64,000 bases of DNA from Chloroflexota bacterium (lineage in GTDB: Bacteria > Chloroflexota > UBA11872 > VXNJ01). Numbering within the stretch: position 1 is the first letter of the stretch; each line of letters starts with the position of its first letter. The stretch covers positions 2,853,908 through 2,917,907 of the forward strand of contig OZ244593.1 of NCBI GenBank assembly GCA_965218195.1, in the 5' to 3' direction. The position numbers and the translations under genes were made by a program. Shown in pieces: positions 38,882-47,430 of the stretch. The notes below the pieces were generated by a model. The model was not told the origin of the DNA and did no database searches. It saw only the letters and a program-made list of their open reading frames with translations.

Positions 38882-39823
38882 GTGTCAACCGCTCAGGCCC
38901 TGCCGACCGTCTTCTCTGGCTCCAGCACCGGCTGGGAAGGCTCCCTCTATGCCTTCCTCGCCGAGAAGCAGCGCCGCTCCGGCTCCAACCGCACCCCGGA
39001 CTCCTACTACCGCACCCTCCGCCACTTCTTCGGCTCCCTCCAGAAGTCGCCCGATCAGGTCTCGCCTCAGGACGTCTTCAGCTTCGCCCATGGCATCGGC
39101 CTCTCTGGGCGTGAACCATCCCCCGTAACCGTCGGCGCCCGTCTCTCCTGCATCTCTTCCTTCTTCAAGTTCCTCATCCGCATGGATGTCCTCAATGCCA
39201 ACCCCTGTGACCGGGTGGATCGTCCCAAGCCTCGCCCCAGCTCCCCTAGCGGCCTCTCCGCTATCCAAGTGCAGCAACTCCTCCAGGTCATCCCCGATAC
39301 CGTCAAGGGCAGGCGCGACCTCGCCATCGTTCTCACTCTAGTCCTAACCGGCAGACGCCGATCCGAGGTCATCAACCTCACAGCCGGCGACATCTCCTTC
39401 GACGACTCTGCCGTGTTCTACCGCCACGTCGGCAAGGGCGGTGTGCGCGGTCGCCGTGAGCTTCCCCGTCCGGCCCTTGCCGCCATCGTTAGGTCACTCG
39501 CCGATGTCGGCAAGGACCTCTCCTCCATGCAGCCCTCCGAGTCGCTCTGGCAGGCCGGCGCAGGACCCACCGGCGTATCCAGCGCCACCTTCTACAACCG
39601 CTTCCGCACCTACCTTCGAAAGGCCGGTCTCCCTCTCTCCGGTCTCCATGTCCTACGCCACTCCGCCGCCAAGCTCCGCCGTGACCTCGGCGAGTCCGTA
39701 GAGTCCGTAAGCCAGTTCCTAGATCACAGCTCGCTCGCCGTCACGACCACCTACCTCCGCAGACTCGAGGGGCAGCGTGATACCGCCTGGCAGGGCGTCG
39801 CCAGTGTTATCGGCGTGAGCTAG
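38882..39823 (+). CDS. Tyrosine recombinase (XerC/XerD-like), paralog 2
   Basis: Same R-K-HxxR-H-Y residues; colinear with 872-1813. Confidence 0.93.
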   Translation: MSTAQALPTVFSGSSTGWEGSLYAFLAEKQRRSGSNRTPDSYYRTLRHFFGSLQKSPDQVSPQDVFSFAHGIGLSGREPSPVTVGARLSCISSFFKFLIRMDVLNANPCDRVDRPKPRPSSPSGLSAIQVQQLLQVIPDTVKGRRDLAIVLTLVLTGRRRSEVINLTAGDISFDDSAVFYRHVGKGGVRGRRELPRPALAAIVRSLADVGKDLSSMQPSESLWQAGAGPTGVSSATFYNRFRTYLRKAGLPLSGLHVLRHSAAKLRRDLGESVESVSQFLDHSSLAVTTTYLRRLEGQRDTAWQGVASVIGVS

Positions 39824-39998
39824 CTCGCCCCGCCTACGGCCATCCTTCGCCTCACAGGTCTAGTATCTGTCCCGGTGGCGCGGCAGCTCATACCCCTTCC
39901 ACAATGATGCGTGCATCACTGGCGCCCCGCCTTGACCTTCCCGCGCCTCCAGAGCGTTCATACATCCCGCTCCAACTCCCCTTCCGCTGGAGGTCGCC

Positions 39999-41609
39999 AT
40001 GCCCAACTCCATACTCTCCATCGCCACCTACGCCCGCGTCTCCTCCGATGAACAGCGTGACCGCCATACCGTCCGCAATCAACGCGCCGCCCTGTCCCGC
40101 CGTCTGTCTTCCGAGCCGGGTGTTGTCGTCTTCAAGCATTACGAGGATGACGGCGTCTCGGGCACCATCCCGCTCGAAGACCGGCCGGCTGGCGGCCCGC
40201 TTGTCCGTGATGCTCGCGCCGGTCGTTTCTCCCAGATCTGGGTAGTTCGTGCCGATCGCTTGGGTCGCGACGCCTTCGAGCTCCTCCGCATCTGGAGGGT
40301 GTTTGAGTCGATCGGGGTCGCGCTCCGCGCCACCGACGAGAACATCGACGATCCCTTCTACTTCGATATCCACGCCGTCATAGCCGCCAACGAGCGCCGC
40401 AAGTTCCTCGAACGTTCCGCCGAGGGCATGAACCGCGCCGCCAAAGAAGGCCGCTATACCGGCGGCATCGTCCCTCTCGGCTATACGGTCTCAGGGGATC
40501 GAGGTTTCCGCCGCCTCGTCCCGGACGACTCTCTCATGTGGGAAAACCTCTCCGCCGCCGACATCGTCAGGCGCATCTATGACCATCTCGCCCATGACGG
40601 CTGGAGCTGTAAGCGCATCGCAACCGAGTTCAACGACCTCGGCATACCCACCGCCTATCGCCGCGCCGGCCGCGGCGTCAGAGGCAAGCGCACCCGGGAA
40701 ACCTGGCACTCCGGCCATGTCCGCAACCTCGTCGTCAATCCCGTCTACAAGGGCGAACTCCAGTACGGTCGCAGGTCTTCCAAGCCCAACGGCCGCGAGG
40801 TCATCTCCGCTCCCGTGACTGCCCTCGTCTCCGAAGATACCTGGAACGCCGCTATCGCCACCCTCAAGCGCAACCGCATAGCGGCCAACAACTCCCGCCA
40901 CACCTACCTCCTCCGCTCGCTCATCCGCTGCGCCGTCTGCGGCCTCGCCTTCTGCGGTACCTGGGCCAGAAATAAGCCCCGCTACAGGTGCAACGGCGCC
41001 ATGGTCGAGCGCGGCCCCTTCCCCGGTAAGTGCATCGGCGCTTCCATCAAGGGTGATCTCCTTGAAACCACCGTCTGGTCCGATATCTGCCGCTTCCTCT
41101 CCGATCCAGGCCCCCTCATCGACGAACTCCTCGCTGAGTCCGACGACGCGCAGACGCGCGCCGCGGCCGAGGCTGAACGCAGCACTCTTATCGCAGCACG
41201 CGACGCCGCACGGGATCGCCGCTTTCGCGCCCTCGACATCTACACCCGTGGCAAGATCCCCGAGAGTGACTTCGACGCCATTACCGCCGAGGTGGATCGG
41301 GAGCTCAACAGGCTGGCTGAGCGGCTCGCCGCGCTCGAACCTCCGAAGGACGATCCGAGCGACGCCGTTGCTTCCGAGGACCTGCTATCCGAGATCCGAA
41401 ACCGGCTGGACGGCGGACTAACCCAGGCCGAGCGGCAGGAAATCGTTCAGCTGCTCGTGCGCCGGATCACCGTCCACACGACCCTGCCCAAGCAGGGCCG
41501 CAAACAGGTCCGCATCGTTATCGATTACCGGTTTCCTGGTGCAGCGACGACTGGCACGGTCATCGCTGCGAGTTCCAGCTACAATCTCCGCCGCGTTATC
41601 GCCGCCTGA
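39999..41609 (+). CDS. Large serine recombinase, paralog 2
   Basis: YARVSS, zinc ribbon; colinear with 1995-3602. Confidence 0.95.
   Translation: MPNSILSIATYARVSSDEQRDRHTVRNQRAALSRRLSSEPGVVVFKHYEDDGVSGTIPLEDRPAGGPLVRDARAGRFSQIWVVRADRLGRDAFELLRIWRVFESIGVALRATDENIDDPFYFDIHAVIAANERRKFLERSAEGMNRAAKEGRYTGGIVPLGYTVSGDRGFRRLVPDDSLMWENLSAADIVRRIYDHLAHDGWSCKRIATEFNDLGIPTAYRRAGRGVRGKRTRETWHSGHVRNLVVNPVYKGELQYGRRSSKPNGREVISAPVTALVSEDTWNAAIATLKRNRIAANNSRHTYLLRSLIRCAVCGLAFCGTWARNKPRYRCNGAMVERGPFPGKCIGASIKGDLLETTVWSDICRFLSDPGPLIDELLAESDDAQTRAAAEAERSTLIAARDAARDRRFRALDIYTRGKIPESDFDAITAEVDRELNRLAERLAALEPPKDDPSDAVASEDLLSEIRNRLDGGLTQAERQEIVQLLVRRITVHTTLPKQGRKQVRIVIDYRFPGAATTGTVIAASSSYNLRRVIAA
41540..41583 (+). 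other. Serine-integrase att junction (P of element B | P' of element D)
   Basis: TGCAG-N5-ACTGGCA-CGGT-CA-TCGC-TGCGAGT-N5-CTACA, centre CA 41561-41562. Confidence 0.8.
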
Positions 41610-41859
41610 CGCCCAAATCCCTCGCGCCCGACCTCTTCCAACTGAGACAACGCCCCCTCACGACTGCGCAGTTCTAGATCCCGCGGCCTGTGTGCTGGCG
41701 AGTAAACATCTCGAAACGTCGGGAAAGCGCTCCGCCCATCGGTTCCCGCACTTGCTTCCGATTGCCTGTTCGTACATTTAGTCGAGCCGGCTGGATACAG
41801 AAAGCCGAGCCGGGCGCCTCCGCCCCGCAGCTCTCGGGCAGTGTCTCTTACGAACACTT

Positions 41860-42335
41860 CTTTCTATATATAAGAGCATATAAGAGCGACTTCCCCGAGT
41901 CGCAATCGCCGGCGCAGATGCGCCACGAAAGCCGCCCACGTCGCCCCTGTCGCGCCACACGGCGCGAAACGAGGCCTTGGGCGAACATGGATTGCTTGGC
42001 CGCGAGTTCGGCCGACACGCGCGCCACGGGGCGTCGTTCTACGGGGCCTGGCGGTTGTGAAATTGAGTGCTAATTCTCGGACCCGACGCTGCTCGCGGGG
42101 CTCCGCCTATGGCCGAACCGCGCCCGATTGGCCTCGCTGTCGCCTCCGACCCCACTACCATCCACTACCAAACGTTTTTTGCCAGCAAAGGTAGTGTTTG
42201 CTGGTAGTTGCTGGTCTCTGGCACCGCGTTTTCGTTACCTGGAGGGCTTCTCCCGGCTCACGCCAACCCGGCGAACTCTTCGCAAATCTGCCTCCAGCGT
42301 CATCTCAATTATACCGTCGAGGCCAACGCGCCAAG
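41860..42335. repeat. Conserved non-coding block, copy 3
   Basis: CCTGTCGCGCCAC 41946-41958, 27-mer 42176-42202, minus-strand TATAAT 42308-42313. Confidence 0.85.
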
Positions 42336-42410
42336 CCTGCTACGCGGCCTCGGTCGCCGCCGAGGTCCTCACCGCTTGCGGAAGCCCGCAGGAGCCATCG
42401 CTGCCAACCC

Positions 42411-42914
42411 TCACGATTGCCACTCTTTTTCCATTAGCAACTCCCCGATGGTCTTTTCCAGCGCTTGCGCGATTGCGCTCAGCGTCTTGTGCTTGGGCGT
42501 CTGTTCGCCGCTCTCGATCCGCACCAGAGTGACCCGACCGATGTTAGCTGCGGTAGCCAGCGCCTGTTGAGTCATCCCGGCCGTCTCCCGCAACTGGCGA
42601 ATACGTTTGCCAAGTGTCTGCCTTCCCCGCATCGCGATCGCCTCGACTGTCGGACGGTACGTTGCGTCGCAGTAGTGACGGGCGAAGTCCCACGGAATCT
42701 CGATCTGCTCGCCTCCCATCGTTTCAAGGACCATTGCGTAGGGGTTCGGCAGTGAGAGGTTGGATACCGCAGTACGTTCCTTGATCTCGGGGATGTCGTC
42801 GAACGGTATGAGTCCCTTGCAGCCGTCCGCAAAGCTCATCTCGATCCCGTCCTCCAGCAGGCTCGCAACCATCATCATCCGGTTGGCATTCTTCACCAGT
42901 ACCGTGTCGACCAC
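42411..42914 (-). CDS. DUF2442-like domain + XRE HTH, putative antitoxin
   Basis: MSFADG N-terminal domain; LGKRIRQLRETAGMTQQALA..RIESGEQTP. Confidence 0.7.
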   Translation of the reverse strand: MVDTVLVKNANRMMMVASLLEDGIEMSFADGCKGLIPFDDIPEIKERTAVSNLSLPNPYAMVLETMGGEQIEIPWDFARHYCDATYRPTVEAIAMRGRQTLGKRIRQLRETAGMTQQALATAANIGRVTLVRIESGEQTPKHKTLSAIAQALEKTIGELLMEKEWQS

Positions 42915-42917
42915 TAG

Positions 42918-43154
42918 CTAGTCTCCATGAATCCTGTCCCACGTCCTTCGGATCTCTTCGGCGTATCTCGCATACGCATTCATGATGTCCCGAAAGTTGC
43001 CGGGAGGAGGCTTGTCCATGTAGGTTCCTCCGTTCAATTCGATCCGGCAGACGTCTTCGTTGCCCACCCAGACGTGCACGTGCGGAGGTTCGAAACTATT
43101 CTCCCGAGTGTTGACGACGAAGCGGAACTGACCTTCAACGGCGACGGTCGGCAT
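42918..43154 (-). CDS. DUF4160-like protein, putative toxin
   Basis: MPTV...GQFRF...E..FEPPHVHV...W, 78 aa. Confidence 0.75.
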   Translation of the reverse strand: MPTVAVEGQFRFVVNTRENSFEPPHVHVWVGNEDVCRIELNGGTYMDKPPPGNFRDIMNAYARYAEEIRRTWDRIHGD

Positions 43155-43440
43155 TTAAGTCCTTGGACCTGGAGACGCTGCCGCTATAGGCTCAGTGTAT
43201 CGTAGAACGACACATGCCGTGAGGGTGTTGATGGTTAGTGGACGCCCATGGCCAACGGTCGCTAAGCAGACATGGTGCGTGGTTGTCGAACTGCCGGTTG
43301 CGTCCGGCCGCTCAGGTGTCTAGACGACAGAGGGGCCACGACAGCACCTCGCAAGTTCGCAGGAACGCTACACGAATCTAGGAAGAGCAATGGCGCCGAA
43401 CGTTTTCGCCGAACACCGACACAGGTCGACTTCCAGGCCC

Positions 43441-44641
43441 TGACCTTGCCCCCGAAAATGCCCTCGATTTTGAGTAGAGTCCGTTCAATGGGAGGAGACG
43501 GACATGAGACGGAGCAGGTATCGCGAGGAACAGATCATCGGCATCCTCAAAGAGCACCAGGCGGGGTTGCCAGCCGCAGAGCTCTGCCGCAAGTACGGGG
43601 TCAGCGGCGCGACGTTTTACAAGTGGCGGTCCAAGTACGGCGGCATGGAGGTATCAGACGCCAGGAAGCTGAAGGGGCTGGAGGATGAGAACCGGCGCCT
43701 GAAGAAGCTGCTGGCGGAATCGATGCTGGATGTGGCGACGCTGCGCGAGCTACTTGCAAAAAACTTCTAACGCCCGGATTGCGGAGGAAGGCCGCGGCCT
43801 GGGCGATGACGGAGACTAGTCACTCGCAGCGCCGTGCCTGCGCTCTTGTCGGGATGGATCCGAAGACTTACCGCTATGAATCGAGGCGGCCGGACGACGC
43901 CGGCATCCGCAAGCGGTTGCGGGAATTGGCCGAGCAGCGCCGACGGTTCGGCTACCGCCGTCTGCACATCCTGCTGGCCAGGGAAGGCATCCGGCTCAAT
44001 CATAAAAAGCTCTATCGCAGCTATCGCGAGGAACGGCTCACGGTGCGCAAGCGAGGCGGGCGCAAGCGGGCGCTCGGCACGCGTGCCCCGCTGCTGCTCC
44101 CCTGGAACCGCAACCAGCGCTGGTCGCTCGATTTCGTCGCGGATGCATTGGCCGACGGCAGGCGGTTCCGCATCCTGGCGGTGGTGGACGACTTCAGCCG
44201 CGAGTGCCTCGCCCTCGTCGTCGACACATCGCTGTCTGGCGTCCGCGTGGCTCGGGAGCTGGACCGCATCGTCGAGCTGCGGGGCCGCCCCCGCATGCTG
44301 GTCAGCGACAACGGCACCGAGCTCACCTCAAACGCTATCCTGCGCTGGCAGCAGGAACGCGGCGTTGGCTGGCACTACATCGCACCGGGCAAGCCCGTGC
44401 AAAACGGCTTTGTCGAGAGCTTCAACGGCCGCCTGCGCGACGAGTGCCTCAACGAACATCTCTTCGCCGGCCTGGCCGAAGCGCGGCGGATCATCGCGGA
44501 ATGGAGGTACGACTACAACACAACACGCCCGCACACGAGCCTGGATGGGCTCACACCCAACGAGTTTGCAGCCCGCCCCAATTGGGGCCATAACCTGAAA
44601 AGATTCTACTTATGAGTGAGGGTAAGTTGGGGGCAGGGTCA
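43441..44641 (+). mobile_element. IS3-family IS (IS407-like), second copy, no matching target duplication
   Basis: Near-identical to 27639-28839 (identical ORF translations); flanks GCCC / CCTT. Confidence 0.95.
43504..44615 (+). CDS. IS3 transposase OrfA (43504-43770) / OrfB via -1 frameshift
   Basis: Identical translation to first copy. Confidence 0.92.
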
Positions 44642-44860
44642 CCTTGTTTGAGAGGCTTTTGGTACACGCGGTTAGCGTCGAAGCGTGGCGACCGTCACCT
44701 GCCGTCACAGTTTGTGAGGTCAGGGGCGGGCTCGTATCACGGGCGGACGGGATAGCCTCGGTTGACCACCGGCTTACGCGATCCAAAGCCCAGAGAGCTA
44801 TGGGGACCGATGACAGGCCAGGGACGGCCAGCGGCTCAAAACGGGCGGTCCTTTGAGAAG

Positions 44861-45526
44861 TCATACCAGACGGGCAATCAGGTCATCGCCGTCGTTGGCG
44901 ACGGAGTTGACGAGCGTCGAGACCTCGTAGGCCTCCATCGCAGCGTCGGGATACGGAGTCAGGACGCTGCGAAGCCGGCTGCGGTCTTCAATGCTCCTAT
45001 CGAGCCAGAAGCCCTCCATCTCCCTAGGCAGGATGACGGGCATCCGGTGATGGATGGGCATGAGCAGGTCGTTGGCCGAAGTCGTGATGATGGCACACGT
45101 CGGTATGCGGGTGCCCTCGGGGTCCTTCCACATCGACCATATACCCGCGAAGGCGAACGGTTCCCCCGACCGCAAGGCGATGCGCATGGGTCGCTTGCCG
45201 GATCCGGTGCGCTGCCACTCGTAGAAGCCGTCGGCGAGCACGAGGCAGCGCCTGCGTCTGAAGGAATCGCGGAACGAGCGCTTGTCGCCGACCGTCTCGG
45301 CCCTGGCGTTGATCATGCGGCTGCCGCTGGAGCGGTTCTTGGCCCAGAAAGGAATCAGCCCCCAGCGCATGAACCCGGCGCGTCGCGGCGCGGCGCCGAC
45401 AACGGTGAGGACGTTTTGCGTGGGAGCGACGTTGTAGGCAGATTCGAGCGTCAGTTGAGTGGCGTCAAACTGGAACCGCTCGCCAAGCACGGTCAGGTTT
45501 GAGATCAGGTTGTATCGTCCGCACAT
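44861..45526 (-). CDS. SOS response-associated peptidase (SRAP/YedK/HMCES family)
   Basis: MCGRY start, YNVAPTQ, WGLIP, INARAET, GFYEW, IHHRMPVIL. Confidence 0.93.
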   Translation of the reverse strand: MCGRYNLISNLTVLGERFQFDATQLTLESAYNVAPTQNVLTVVGAAPRRAGFMRWGLIPFWAKNRSSGSRMINARAETVGDKRSFRDSFRRRRCLVLADGFYEWQRTGSGKRPMRIALRSGEPFAFAGIWSMWKDPEGTRIPTCAIITTSANDLLMPIHHRMPVILPREMEGFWLDRSIEDRSRLRSVLTPYPDAAMEAYEVSTLVNSVANDGDDLIARLV

Positions 45527-45709
45527 TTCGATCCATGATGAACCCGTCGACTGCAGAGGCGCAATCCCCAACCGGCGGGAAACATCCAAGTGCGAGCGGG
45601 CATGACCGCGCACTGCCCTGCTGAGACCGCCACGCTCAAGGAGAGGTGCGGCCTCTTAACCGCTCCTACGTGCACGAGCCAGTGGTGCAGCTCACAGTAG
45701 AAGGGCTCC

Positions 45710-45916
45710 TCACTCGCTGCGAGAGCGACGTAGCAACCGTAGCAACCACCACAGGTTTCCGGCCAAGATCAGCCCCGCAGCCAACCAGAGCAGCGTCCCG
45801 AACACAGGATTCTGTGAGAGGCCAATCCCCAGTCCCAAGAAGAAGACCGCCACTGCCGCCAGGAACAGCAAAATGTGGGCCGATATTCGAATTATTACCC
45901 GGAGCACAGCGGCCAC
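45710..45916 (-). CDS. Small two-TM membrane protein
   Basis: Two hydrophobic stretches, basic C-terminus. Confidence 0.5.
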   Translation of the reverse strand: MAAVLRVIIRISAHILLFLAAVAVFFLGLGIGLSQNPVFGTLLWLAAGLILAGNLWWLLRLLRRSRSE

Positions 45917-46071
45917 CTTACAAGGACGTCCCGCAGAAGGGAACTAGTATGACGTTCATCGTATCACTGGCGTGGAGATGACTGGAGCATTGGCACGTAC
46001 CCACGGGAAAACGAAGCGACCGATCCCACGACTCCCGCAAACGACCTGGTCCCCGTCCTACCGCCAGCGCG

Positions 46072-47301
46072 TGACCTGCCCCCAAGGCTTGTACCACCAA
46101 TTATGTTAGTGCGACGAGCGCCGGGTCGGGCTCCACAGGCAGGCTAGCCGCCGGCGCCGGCGGCCTGTAGCCCAGCGAGCTGTGCGGCCGGATGCGGTTG
46201 TAGGTCTGCTTGTACTCTCCAGTCAGCACCTGTGCCTCCCGCAGCGTGTAGAAGATCTCCCGGTCCAAGAGCTCGTCACGCAGCTTGCCGTTGAAGCTCT
46301 CCACATAGCCGTTCTCCCAAGGTGAGCCGGGCTCGATGTAGAGGGTCTTGGCTCCCACCCGACCAAGCCAGGCTCTGACCGCCCTGGCCGTAAACTCCGG
46401 ACCGTTGTCCGAGCGGATGTGTTCGGGTACTCCCCTTCTCAGCATCAACCCGGCCAGCGTCTCGATAACGTCCACAGACTTGATGCTCCTCTCCGCCCTG
46501 ATCGCCAGGCACTCTCGCGTGTACTCGTCGATGACGGTCAGCAGCCGTACCGACCTGCCGTCATGCGTCCTCGTGAAAACGAAGTCGTAGGCCCACACGT
46601 GGTTGCGGCGCTGCGGTCGCAGACGTACGCACGACCCGTCGTTGAGCCACAGCCTTGACCGTTTCGGCTGTTTCCGCGGCACCTTCAGCCCCTCCTGCCT
46701 CCAGATCCGCTCCACTCGCTTGTGGTTGACCGCCCAACCGCGTCGCCTCAGCAGTGCTCCGATCCTCCGATACCCGTACCTGCCGTACTGGCTCGCCAGC
46801 TCCACGATCGCCGCGGTCAACTCCTGTTCGTAGGCCGCAGCCACAGGCTCGTAGCGCTGTGTCGATCGTGGTTGTCCCAGCGCCCTGCAGGCACGCCGCT
46901 CGGAAACGCCCAACGCCCCCCTGATCCGCTCTACGCACTGTCGGCGACGGGAGGCGCTCAGAAGTTTCCCTGCGCCGCCTCCTTCAGTATCTGCTTGTCC
47001 AGCGTCAGATCGGCTACCGCTCGCCGCAAACGGCCGTTCTCCGTCTCCAGCTGCTTGAGCCGTCGCGCCTGGTCGATCCGCAGCCCCCCGTACTCCGCCC
47101 GCCAGCGGTAGAAGGTCTGCTCCGTCACCCCTATCTTCCGACTGGCTTGGGCCACCGTGCTGCCCTCAGCCATGGCCACCTCGGCCTCCCGCAGCTTCTT
47201 GATCACCTGCTCCGGCGTATGCTTCCGCCTTGCCATCTGTTCCCCCTCCTTTGGCCCAGTTTCTAACATTTATCCTGGACCAGGTTTCGGGGGGCAGGTC
47301 A
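46072..47301 (-). mobile_element. IS3-family IS, target duplication CGCG
   Basis: IRs TGACCTGCCCCC at both ends; CGCG on both flanks. Confidence 0.93.
46101..47236 (-). CDS. IS3 transposase OrfA (46958-47236) / OrfB via -1 frameshift
   Basis: G GGA AAC slippery site; YGYRRI, WAYDF, SDNGPEF, ENGYVESFNG. Confidence 0.9.
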
Positions 47302-47362
47302 CGCGGGGCCGAGCGCACCATCAACTCATAGGGTCGCGCTAGCTCGTAGTCGGGACGATGGA

Positions 47363-47430
47363 GTCGAACGTTTTCCCGTCCTGATAGGCTTAGGCTCGGG
47401 CATTGCCAATTCAAAGAAAATGTATCCAAC
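47363..47430 (+). promoter_or_regulatory. Conserved upstream region shared by both RCC1-like genes
   Basis: GTCGAACGTTTT..CCTGATAGGCTTAGGCTCGGGCATTGCCAATTCAAAGA recurs on the minus strand at 57578-57645. Confidence 0.6.

Larger units (their letters stand above)
8189..41562 (+). mobile_element. Integrative element B, ~33.4 kb, apparently complete
   Basis: Bounded by P' at 8189 and P at 41562; arms TGCCAGT (8195-8201) and ACTGGCA (41550-41556) are exact reverse complements. Confidence 0.7.
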
